A stretch of DNA of 64,000 nucleotides, taken from positions 48,567-112,566 of the forward strand of contig CABYDZ010000001.1 of assembly GCA_902517885.1 (NCBI GenBank). Reading direction: 5' to 3'. This document shows, piece after piece, positions 52,478 to 60,891 of this stretch (position 1 is the stretch's first letter; each line of letters starts with the position of its first letter). Position numbers and translations under genes: made by a program. Below the pieces are notes generated by a model, which searched no databases, was not told where the DNA came from, and saw only the letters and a program-made list of their open reading frames with translations. The stretch is from an uncultured Pelagibacteraceae bacterium. Its GTDB lineage: Bacteria > Pseudomonadota > Alphaproteobacteria > Pelagibacterales > AG-422-B15.

Positions 52478-53743
52478 ATGATCAAGAAAATTATAGTTGT
52501 TATGTCATTTTTCTTTTTTAGTATCACTGCGTATGCAGATACTATCAAAGTTGGCATATTACACTCGCTGTCGGGTACGATGGCAATCTCAGAGACAACG
52601 TTAAAAGATACAATGTTAATGTTGATCGATGAACAAAATGAAAAGGGCGGTATTCTGGGAAAAAAACTGGAAGCAGTAGTCGTTGATCCTGCTTCAGATT
52701 GGCCACTTTTTGCTGAAAAAGCTCGAGAACTAATAACTGTCAATGATGTTGATGTAATGTTTGGCTGCTGGACTTCTGTGTCTAGAAAGTCTGTATTACC
52801 CGTAATTGAAGAACTTAACGGATTACTTTTTTATCCAGTTCAATATGAGGGTGAAGAAAGCTCAAAAAATGTATTTTATACCGGAGCCGCTCCAAACCAA
52901 CAAGCTATACCAGCTACTGATTACTATCTAGAAGAACTAGGCATTGAAAAGTTCGCATTACTTGGAACTGACTATGTTTATCCTAGAACAACAAACAAAA
53001 TTCTAAATCAATATTTAATTGATAAAGGAATTCCTGAATCTGATATTTTTGTAAATTACACACCTTTTGGTCACTCGGATTGGTCGAAAATTGTTGCTGA
53101 TGTTGTAGCACTTGGGGCTGATGGAAAGAAGGTAGGTGTTATTTCAACTATTAACGGTGATGCAAACATTGGATTTTATAAAGAACTTGCAGCTGCAGGC
53201 GTGAACGCTGAAGACATACCAGTTGTCGCGTTCTCAGTTGGTGAAGAGGAATTATCCGGACTTGATACAAAAAATTTGGTTGGCCATCTAGCTGCGTGGA
53301 ATTATTTTCAATCAGCTGAATCCGATTTAAATACAGCATTTATCAAAAACTGGAAAAGCACTATGGGATCAGAAAGAGTTACTAATGACCCGATGGAAGC
53401 GCACGTGATTGGATTTAACATGTATGTAAAAGCAGTGGAAAAAGCTGGAACTACTGATGTAGATGCAGTTAGAGAAGCTATGTATGGAATTACAGTTCCA
53501 AATCTCACGGGTGGAACTGCAGAAATGCTCCCAAATCATCATCTCTCTAAACCTGTTTTAATAGGTGAGATCCTTGAGGATGGTCAGTTTGATATAATTA
53601 GCCAAACGACCGAGGTTCCAGGAGATGCATGGACAGATCACTTAGTAGAGTCAGCTGTTTTAAAATCAGATTGGCAAAGCTTAGGTTGTGGGATGTATAA
53701 TACTTCGACCAGCAGCTGTGTTCAGTTAAAGTCTAACTACTAA
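52478..53743 (+). CDS. urtA: Urea ABC transporter substrate-binding protein
   Basis: IKVGILHSLSGTMAISE, FGCWTSVSRKSV, YPVQYEG, GAAPNQQ, DYVYPR; start at MIKK after AAGGA. Confidence 0.95.
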   Translation: MIKKIIVVMSFFFFSITAYADTIKVGILHSLSGTMAISETTLKDTMLMLIDEQNEKGGILGKKLEAVVVDPASDWPLFAEKARELITVNDVDVMFGCWTSVSRKSVLPVIEELNGLLFYPVQYEGEESSKNVFYTGAAPNQQAIPATDYYLEELGIEKFALLGTDYVYPRTTNKILNQYLIDKGIPESDIFVNYTPFGHSDWSKIVADVVALGADGKKVGVISTINGDANIGFYKELAAAGVNAEDIPVVAFSVGEEELSGLDTKNLVGHLAAWNYFQSAESDLNTAFIKNWKSTMGSERVTNDPMEAHVIGFNMYVKAVEKAGTTDVDAVREAMYGITVPNLTGGTAEMLPNHHLSKPVLIGEILEDGQFDIISQTTEVPGDAWTDHLVESAVLKSDWQSLGCGMYNTSTSSCVQLKSNY

Positions 53744-53756
53744 TTTTAACCTAAAT

Positions 53757-53797
53757 AAAACGCTGTAAAGAATAGTTAATATTCTTTATGGCGTTTT
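53757..53797 (+). terminator. 18-bp stem-loop (two G-U pairs) ending in a U-run between urtA and urtB
   Basis: AAAACGCTGTAAAGAATA-GTTAA-TATTCTTTATGGCGTTTT. Confidence 0.65.
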
Positions 53798-53803
53798 TAA
53801 ATT

Positions 53804-55816
53804 ATGAAAATTAAATTTTATATAATTTTTCTGTATGTTTTTTTTGTAAATCTACCAGCAGTTGCTCACCATGATGAATTCAATATATTCTTAATAGAAA
53901 ATTCAGAGAATATAATTAAGAGTTCAGCAAAAACTGTTGATTCTATACTAAGAGACATACAAAGTTTTGATGATGAAATTGTTTCAAGATTTTTAGAATT
54001 GTGGAAATCGAAGAGTCTCTACTATATAAAAGATACGAAACAAGTAGTTATAGTTAATGAAAATGAAGAGTCACTTGACGCCTTAGAAATAGATGGTCTT
54101 ACTAGGATCGGCAATTACAGCAAAAAAGAAATCAAAAAGATTAAACCCAACAGTGGAGTAAGAGCAAAAATAGACTCTATTTTAGTAAAATACCAAATAT
54201 CTAATTCAGATATTAATGTACGACAAAAAAGCATAGAAAGCTTAAAAAGAAATATCCGGCCTGAACATTTGGAAGTGTTACAAGATGCTTACATAAATGA
54301 GTCAGATGCAGAACTAAAAACTGTTATTGATCGATTGCTAAAATTTGCAATTGTTAAGTACTCCGACTCGAATGATAAAAAATTAGAAATAATCGAGTCT
54401 TTTAAAGGCGATACTGCGATCGAAATAAGGGCTTCTCTAAATCAACTCCTCAATTCTTCAGAAGTGAAAGTCGGCATCTCTCTTCCTAATAATAAAAATA
54501 TTGCTAGGGTAATTGTGCCTGGTTTTACAATCAAAAATAGTAATGGAACATCGGGTACAACTAATTTTTTTAATGAAGATGTTGAGATATCAATTAATGA
54601 TGCATATGACAAATTATATGCAGATAATCTAGTTTATAAAAAAAGGATTACCCAAGAAGAATTAAAGAAAATATTAGAACAAAATATTAGCGGAGATACT
54701 ATTGGAGGATATTCTATTAGTTCACTAGACAATGAACAATCTCGCATTGCTGCCTATAATAAATTAGTTGAAAATAATTTAGCACCTCCTTTTATTTCTG
54801 AAAATAAAATTAATGAAGAAGTAAACAAATTTATATTTTATTCGATTTACAATGAAACTTCTTCTGAAGTAACAAATGCCGCACTAAATACTCTAGCTAG
54901 TATAAATTTTAGAGTTCAGATCTATAAATATATTGACTTACTTATTGATGGTTTAAGTCTTGCATCAATCTATTTTCTTGGAGCAATTGGTTTAGCGATT
55001 ACTTTTGGTGTAATGAGAGTAATCAATATGGCTCATGGTGAATTTATCATGATGGGTGCCTATACGGGGTATGTTGTTCAACAATTTATAAGTAACCATA
55101 CACTGTCACTTTTAGTTGCACTTCCCCTCGCATTTATAATTACATTTATAGCTGGAGTGATCATGGAAAGACTCGTTATACGTCATTTGTATCGTAAACC
55201 ACTTGATACATTACTGGCCACTTTCGGGATCAGTATTGCATTACAACAAATTGCAAAGAATATCTTCGGAACACAAGCAAGACCACTTACATCTCCATCG
55301 TGGCTTGATGGATCGCTCAGTCTGAGCGACGATCTATCGATCAGTTATATAAGAATTGCCATATTTATTTTGAGTCTAATATTTCTGGGTTTGTTGCTCT
55401 TTGTTATGAATCGTACCAGACTTGGATTGGAGACTCGTGCAGTGACCCAAAATCCAGTGATGGCCTCCAACATGGGAATTAATCCTGAAAGAATAAATAT
55501 GTTAACTTTTGGCTTTGGTTCAGGAATTGCAGGAATTGCAGGAATTGCTATTGGACTTTTTTCTAAGGTTACATCTGAGCTTGGGTCTGAATATATAGTT
55601 CAGAGCTTTATGACAGTGGTTGTTGGAGGAGTGGGCAATATATGGGGCACATTAGCGGGAGCCTCACTAATCGGGTTCCTTCAAAAATTTATAGAATGGT
55701 TCAATCCATCTAATACTCTCGCAGCGCAAACTTATATGATCATCTTTATTATTTTATTTATACAATTTAGACCAAAAGGGATAGTAGCCCTTAAAGGGAG
55801 AGCAGCTGATGACTAA
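53804..55816 (+). CDS. urtB: Urea ABC transporter permease with large N-terminal periplasmic extension
   Basis: GLAITFGVMRVINMAHGEFIMMGAY, RKPLDTLLATFG, FIQFRPKG. Confidence 0.92.
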   Translation: MKIKFYIIFLYVFFVNLPAVAHHDEFNIFLIENSENIIKSSAKTVDSILRDIQSFDDEIVSRFLELWKSKSLYYIKDTKQVVIVNENEESLDALEIDGLTRIGNYSKKEIKKIKPNSGVRAKIDSILVKYQISNSDINVRQKSIESLKRNIRPEHLEVLQDAYINESDAELKTVIDRLLKFAIVKYSDSNDKKLEIIESFKGDTAIEIRASLNQLLNSSEVKVGISLPNNKNIARVIVPGFTIKNSNGTSGTTNFFNEDVEISINDAYDKLYADNLVYKKRITQEELKKILEQNISGDTIGGYSISSLDNEQSRIAAYNKLVENNLAPPFISENKINEEVNKFIFYSIYNETSSEVTNAALNTLASINFRVQIYKYIDLLIDGLSLASIYFLGAIGLAITFGVMRVINMAHGEFIMMGAYTGYVVQQFISNHTLSLLVALPLAFIITFIAGVIMERLVIRHLYRKPLDTLLATFGISIALQQIAKNIFGTQARPLTSPSWLDGSLSLSDDLSISYIRIAIFILSLIFLGLLLFVMNRTRLGLETRAVTQNPVMASNMGINPERINMLTFGFGSGIAGIAGIAIGLFSKVTSELGSEYIVQSFMTVVVGGVGNIWGTLAGASLIGFLQKFIEWFNPSNTLAAQTYMIIFIILFIQFRPKGIVALKGRAADD

Positions 55817-56978
55817 TTCAATAAATGATTTACTAGCTCGACACACATTAATTTTTACAATAGTTGTTATTATATTTTCTCTGTTTATAACTTTTTTTAG
55901 TGAACCTTACGGAAACGGATTAATATCTACTAGTTTTGTCAAAACTTTAGGCAAAACTGTTTGTCTATGCATAATTGCTCTGGCAATGGATGTGGTATGG
56001 GGTTATTGCGGAATTCTGTCTCTAGGGCATTTCGCCTTTTTTGGACTTGGTGGTTACATGATTGGAATGTGGCTAATGTATGAGCGAACAGCCATTATTG
56101 TTCAGGAGGCTGCCACTAATGAGTTGCTTCCATTAACCGAAACCGAATTATCAAATGCCATTGGAAACCAGATTTTTGGAGTTGTCGGTGGCTATGAAAT
56201 ACCATCCATATGGATGTTTGCAGATAGTCTTGGTTTACAATTGATTTTGGTTATTGCAGTACCTGGTATTCTTGCATTTATATTTGGGTGGCTTGCATTC
56301 AGGTCGAGAGTAACTGGAGTTTATCTCTCAATTTTAACTCAAGCATTAACTTTAGCTCTATCACTATATTTATTTCAAAATGACAGTGGTCTAAGGGGTA
56401 ATAATGGCCTCTCAGGTTTGCAGAATATTCCTGGCATTGAGTATTTAGGACAAGAGGTCATATCCATAGGGTTTTTTTGGGCAAGTTGTATTTTTCTAAT
56501 ATCTATTTTTTTACTTTTTCATTCACTTATGAAAAGCAAGTTTGGATTAATTATTACATCAATAAGAGATAACGAAACACGAGTAAGGTTCTTAGGGTAT
56601 AATGTCGAAATATATAAATTATTTATATTTGTGTTAACAGCAATAATCTCAAGTATTGCTGGTGCTCTTTATTACCCTCAAGCAGGTATAATTAATCCTG
56701 CAGAGCTTGCGCCTATTGCATCGATCTATCTCGCTGTATGGGTTGCTATTGGAGGAAGAGGAAAATTGTATGGAGCAATCATTGGTGCCGCTTTTGTTTC
56801 ATTATTTTCGTCATGGTTTACTGGTGGACAAGCACCCGATATTCCTTTGGGCATATTTACTATAGAATGGGTGAATTGGTGGACGGTGTTGTTAGGGTTT
56901 GGATTTGTATTAATCACAATTTTTAGTGAAAATGGAATAATTGGTTTTTTAAGAAATATATTTGTTAAGGAAAAATGA
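55809..56978 (+). CDS. urtC: Urea ABC transporter permease
   Basis: WGYCGILSLGH, FRSRVTGVYLSILTQA, IRDNETRVRFLGY, WVAIGGRG. Confidence 0.93.
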   Translation: MTNSINDLLARHTLIFTIVVIIFSLFITFFSEPYGNGLISTSFVKTLGKTVCLCIIALAMDVVWGYCGILSLGHFAFFGLGGYMIGMWLMYERTAIIVQEAATNELLPLTETELSNAIGNQIFGVVGGYEIPSIWMFADSLGLQLILVIAVPGILAFIFGWLAFRSRVTGVYLSILTQALTLALSLYLFQNDSGLRGNNGLSGLQNIPGIEYLGQEVISIGFFWASCIFLISIFLLFHSLMKSKFGLIITSIRDNETRVRFLGYNVEIYKLFIFVLTAIISSIAGALYYPQAGIINPAELAPIASIYLAVWVAIGGRGKLYGAIIGAAFVSLFSSWFTGGQAPDIPLGIFTIEWVNWWTVLLGFGFVLITIFSENGIIGFLRNIFVKEK

Positions 56979-57757
56979 ATACTTTATTGAAAGTTGAAAA
57001 AATCTCGGTTTCATTTGATGGCTTTAAAGCTATTAATAGTTTGAGTTACAGCATTGGTAAAAATGAACTCAAAGCGATTATTGGACCTAATGGAGCTGGA
57101 AAAACTACCTTTATGGATATAATTACGGGCCAAACTAAACCAGATGAAGGTAAAGTATTATTTGGTGAACGAAGCGTATGGCTTGAAAGTGATCAAAAAT
57201 ATCAAGTCGTTTGGGATGAAAATCTTCTAATGAAAAGTGAGTCTCAAATAGCATTACTAGGTATAGGAAGAAAATTTCAACGTCCTACTGTATTTGAGCT
57301 AAAAACAGTATTTGAAAATTTATTTATATCCATGAAGAAAAATAGAAGTCCTTTCAGTGTTTTATTCCAAAAATTAAATAGAGATGAAAAAAATCTAATA
57401 GAAAAAATACTAGGTGAAATTAGTCTTAAAAATGAACAAGATAGAATTGCTGGCGAGTTATCACACGGTCAAAAGCAGTGGTTAGAAATAGGAATGCTAT
57501 TAACTCAAGAACCAAAGCTATTATTAATTGATGAACCAGCAGCTGGAATGACTTCTAATGAAAGAAGACAGACAGTTGAGATTCTAAAAAAATTATCTGC
57601 AGATAAATCAGTTATTGTTGTTGAGCATGATATGGAATTTGTAAAAGATCTTGAATGTGAGGTTACTGTATTGCATGAAGGTTCAATTCTTTCAGAGGGT
57701 TCTATAGAACACGTGTCCTCTAATAATGAAGTAATTGAGGTATATCTAGGAAGATAG
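56975..57757 (+). CDS. urtD: Urea ABC transporter ATPase
   Basis: GPNGAGKT, GIGRKFQ, LSHGQKQWLEIGM, EVYLGR. Confidence 0.94.
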   Translation: MNTLLKVEKISVSFDGFKAINSLSYSIGKNELKAIIGPNGAGKTTFMDIITGQTKPDEGKVLFGERSVWLESDQKYQVVWDENLLMKSESQIALLGIGRKFQRPTVFELKTVFENLFISMKKNRSPFSVLFQKLNRDEKNLIEKILGEISLKNEQDRIAGELSHGQKQWLEIGMLLTQEPKLLLIDEPAAGMTSNERRQTVEILKKLSADKSVIVVEHDMEFVKDLECEVTVLHEGSILSEGSIEHVSSNNEVIEVYLGR

Positions 57758-57759
57758 TC

Positions 57760-58455
57760 ATGATTGATATAAGTAATTTGAATTTTTACTATGGTTCTTC
57801 TCAGATATTATTTGATGTTTCACTCAAAGCGAAAAATAAAGAAATTACTTGTTTAATGGGTTCAAATGGAGTTGGTAAAACATCTTTATTAAAGTTTTTA
57901 TCAGGAATCTATCCTTCAAAGTCAGGAAATTATCTTTTTGAAGGGGATAATGTAACTAACTTTAGCTCCCACCAACTTGCTAAGAGAGGAGTAGGGTATG
58001 TTCCTCAAGGCCGTTTTATATTTCCATTATTATCTGTCAAAGAGAATTTAGAAACTGGTTTTGCATGTTTAAAACGTGATGAACATTTCATACCTGATGA
58101 AATTTTTGATCTTTTTCCAGTATTGAAACAAATGATAAATAGAAGAGGTGGAGATTTATCAGGAGGTCAACAACAGCAATTAGCAATTGCAAGAGCAATG
58201 ATTTCAAAACCAAAATTACTACTTATGGATGAACCAACCGAAGGAATACAGCCAAACATCATCCAGCAAATTGGAGAAGTCATAAAATATTTAAAAGATG
58301 AGCAGGGAATGACCATACTATTAGTTGAGCAATATTTTGATTTTGCATTTGATTTAGCAGATTATATCTATGTCATGAAAAGAGGAAAAATTATTACTGA
58401 ATCAAAGAAAGAGAGTCTGGATAAATTGTCGTTTAAAAATGAAGTATCAATTTGA
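57760..58455 (+). CDS. urtE: Urea ABC transporter ATPase
   Basis: GSNGVGKT, YVPQGR, LSGGQQQQLAI, DEPTEGIQP, LVEQY. Confidence 0.94.
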   Translation: MIDISNLNFYYGSSQILFDVSLKAKNKEITCLMGSNGVGKTSLLKFLSGIYPSKSGNYLFEGDNVTNFSSHQLAKRGVGYVPQGRFIFPLLSVKENLETGFACLKRDEHFIPDEIFDLFPVLKQMINRRGGDLSGGQQQQLAIARAMISKPKLLLMDEPTEGIQPNIIQQIGEVIKYLKDEQGMTILLVEQYFDFAFDLADYIYVMKRGKIITESKKESLDKLSFKNEVSI

Positions 58456-60486
58456 ATCTCTAGTCAAGCAAAGTAAAAAGGCATTATCGAGAGCGCTTTC
58501 TTCCATAGCATTTAATCGTCCACTTTTACCAGCATGACCACCAACTAAATTCATTTTCATTAATATTGGATTATCTGAAGTACTGTTTTCTCTGAGTTTT
58601 GGAACATATTTTGCCGGTTCATAATACTGAACTTGAGAGTCATATAGACTGGATGTGACCAATACAGCGGGATAATTTGAAGGCTTAATATTGTCGTATG
58701 GCGAATAGCTTTTAATATAATTATATTCATCTTTATTCGCTGGATTACCCCATTCTTTATACTCAAAAGTAGTCAGGGGAATTGTTTCATCTGACATAGT
58801 GGTGACCACATCCACAAAAGGAACTGCTGATATAATACCTTTATATAAATCTGGTTCCATATTAATGATTGCACCCATTAACAGACCGCCGGCACTTCCA
58901 CCCATCGCATATACATTTTTAGCATTGCCATACCCTTGTTTGATTAAAGATTTGGTTGCATCAATAAAATCATAAAATGTATTCTTTTTATTAAAAATTT
59001 TACCATCATCATACCACTGTCGCCCCATTTCAGAACCACCTCGGATATTGGCGACAGCAAAAACGAAACCCCGATTGAGTAGGGGTAAGATGGACGTTCT
59101 AAAAGCTGCATCAATTATAATGCCATAAGAACCATAGCCATAAATAAGGATGGGAGCTTGAGATAAGTCAGTTCCTTTTTTATATACTAGTGATACAGGA
59201 ACTTTTGTATCATCACGGGCGGTAATTTTAAGTCTTTCAACCTCGTATAGATTTTCATCGTAATTGTTTACAGGCTGCTGCCATGCTAATTCACTCTTAC
59301 CTGACTCAATATCCTCTTTGAATATTGAACTAGGTTTCTTTGGACTCGAATACCCATAGTAAAATTCAGTATCAAGGTACTCATTATTGGTCGCTAAATA
59401 ACAAGAAAAGGCAGGGTCACTAAATTCAATATAATTCCTATCGAGTGTTTCTCTGTTAATTTTTACTATCTTGGGCAGACCGTCTTCTCTTATCTCTAAA
59501 TAAAGATATTGAGGAAAAGTGACAAAATCTTCAATTAAAATAGCATCATCATGTTCAACTACAGTTTCCCACTCATTAAAATTATTAATTTGACTGATCG
59601 TGAATTTTAAAATTGAGAAGTTTTTTTTATTTTTTGCATTACTGCTGACATAGAAACACTCTGGTGTGTCTTCAATGGAATAAAGATGTTTATCGGATCG
59701 TTTGAGTACACAAAATGGTTGACTGAGTTCCTCATCTAAATCAAGCAGCCACGTCTCTGAAGACTCAGTTTTACTGGTATAAATATTCAAATATTTCTTT
59801 GTCCGCGATTCATAAATATGAAGATGAAATTCCGGGTCATTTTCCTCATAGATTAAAACATCTTCTTTAGCATCAGTTCCAATTTTGTGTTTAAAAACCT
59901 TATTTTCTATCAAAGTAACAGGATCTTTTTGAGCATAGTAAAATGAAGTATTTTTCTTATCCCAAACAATGCTCCCAGAGCTTCTCTCAACTTTACTGTC
60001 TATAATTTTGCCGGTCGTTAAATTTTTAACTTTTATGTTGTATTCTCGTCGACCCGATAAATCTTCTGCATAAGCAATTAAAAGATTATTTGGTGATGGA
60101 GTTATTGACGTAATATTTATATAATCTAAATTCTCAGCCAGTGCATTTACATCAATAACTAACTCTTTAGTCCCATTGAGCTCTCGATAGTATGTTTTAT
60201 ATTGTTGTTCAGAGTTAATTTCAGAGTAATAGAGATAATCTCCATATTTAATTTTCATTGAAACTTCTTTTGGTGGTATGAAACTAACTAATTCTTCATA
60301 AATTGTTTTTCGGCAATCATTATTTTTTTTAAACCAATCTTCTAAGTACTGATTTTCTTCTTCTAAATAAGAAATAATTTCTGGATTTTTACGAGTATCA
60401 TCTCTGAGCCAATAATAATCATCAACACGATTATCGCCATGTGCAATATGGATTTTAGGAATTTTTTTTGGCTGAGGCGGTTTCAT
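58447..60486 (-). CDS. ptrB: Oligopeptidase B (S9A)
   Basis: HGDNRVDDYYWLRD, YGYGSYG, GGSAGG, DSQVQYYEPAKY, GHAGKSGR. Confidence 0.95.
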   Translation of the reverse strand: MKPPQPKKIPKIHIAHGDNRVDDYYWLRDDTRKNPEIISYLEEENQYLEDWFKKNNDCRKTIYEELVSFIPPKEVSMKIKYGDYLYYSEINSEQQYKTYYRELNGTKELVIDVNALAENLDYINITSITPSPNNLLIAYAEDLSGRREYNIKVKNLTTGKIIDSKVERSSGSIVWDKKNTSFYYAQKDPVTLIENKVFKHKIGTDAKEDVLIYEENDPEFHLHIYESRTKKYLNIYTSKTESSETWLLDLDEELSQPFCVLKRSDKHLYSIEDTPECFYVSSNAKNKKNFSILKFTISQINNFNEWETVVEHDDAILIEDFVTFPQYLYLEIREDGLPKIVKINRETLDRNYIEFSDPAFSCYLATNNEYLDTEFYYGYSSPKKPSSIFKEDIESGKSELAWQQPVNNYDENLYEVERLKITARDDTKVPVSLVYKKGTDLSQAPILIYGYGSYGIIIDAAFRTSILPLLNRGFVFAVANIRGGSEMGRQWYDDGKIFNKKNTFYDFIDATKSLIKQGYGNAKNVYAMGGSAGGLLMGAIINMEPDLYKGIISAVPFVDVVTTMSDETIPLTTFEYKEWGNPANKDEYNYIKSYSPYDNIKPSNYPAVLVTSSLYDSQVQYYEPAKYVPKLRENSTSDNPILMKMNLVGGHAGKSGRLNAMEESALDNAFLLCLTRDSN

Positions 60487-60523
60487 TATTTTCTAATATG
60501 TTACTAGCATTTTTTCAATTTTA

Positions 60524-60567
60524 TGGTGCCCCCAACCTGTACTGACCAGGTATCTACGCATTACCAA
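60524..60567 (-). pseudogene. Displaced 3' half of a tRNA-Thr(GGT) gene (att junction of the integrated element)
   Basis: Minus strand TTGGTAA-TGCGT-AGAT-ACCTG-GTCAGTA-CAGGT-TGGGGGC-A-CCA; tRNA similarity stops at the 5' edge of the anticodon loop and no 5' half is present. Confidence 0.8.
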
Positions 60568-60651
60568 TTGTTTGTGGTTTACTTTCTAGGGTTTTCACGC
60601 TAAGGTCAACTATATGTTTGAGAGGCAAAAAAGGCCAGTAAATATGGCTAT

Positions 60652-60720
60652 TTTACAACATTTTCCTAGTTTTCCATTGTTTCAGACGATTACAAATATT
60701 TGGTGTAAATATGGTGTAAA
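60652..60720. repeat. Putative integrase arm-type binding sites
   Basis: TGGTGTAAA direct repeat at 60701-60709 and 60712-60720 (11-bp period); inverted one-mismatch copy TTTACAACA at 60652-60660. Confidence 0.55.
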
Positions 60721-60817
60721 GTTAGAATTGGTTAAAAATGGCGGGTTTTCTAGACCCGATACGAACCCTCTAAATAGGCCGGGTTTGTACATAGATATGA
60801 TGTTGTCTCTCCACAAT

Positions 60818-60891
60818 GCCTCCATGGTGAAATGGAATCATACGTCCTTGGTAAGGACGAGTTCCCTTGTCAGTAAAGGGTGGAGGCACCA
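60818..60891 (+). tRNA. tRNA-Thr(GGT) or tRNA-like RNA with non-canonical T-arm, overlapping the integrase RBS and start codon
   Basis: GCCTCCA TG GTGA AATGGAA TCAT A CGTCC TTGGTAA GGACG AGTT CCCTT GTCAGTA AAGGG TGGAGGC A CCA; all four stems pair (one G-U in the D-stem) and CCA is encoded. Confidence 0.85.

Noticed and set aside
53804-54930. Novel fusion at the UrtB N-terminus
   Set aside because: Long periplasmic N-terminal extensions are normal for proteobacterial UrtB.
55521-55548. Tandem 9-bp repeat CAGGAATTG x3
   Set aside because: It simply encodes GIAGIAGIA in a UrtB transmembrane helix.
60524-60600. Intact minus-strand tRNA-Thr
   Set aside because: No 5' acceptor strand, D-arm or 5' anticodon strand (AACAA where ACGCA is needed).
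60561-60854. Invertible switch between the two inverted TTGGTAA anticodon-loop cores
   Set aside because: Inversion would pair CGTCC with TGCGT and give no valid anticodon stem, and the flanking core sequences differ. Not excluded without read data, but unsupported.
60867-60890. Integrase start at TTG 60867 as in the ORF track
   Set aside because: It lies inside the T-arm with no SD, whereas ATG 60891 has GGAGG upstream.
60818-60891. tmRNA acceptor piece, suggested by the GGCRGUA-like loop
   Set aside because: It has a full D-arm and anticodon arm with Thr identity and no G3-U70 alanine determinant.
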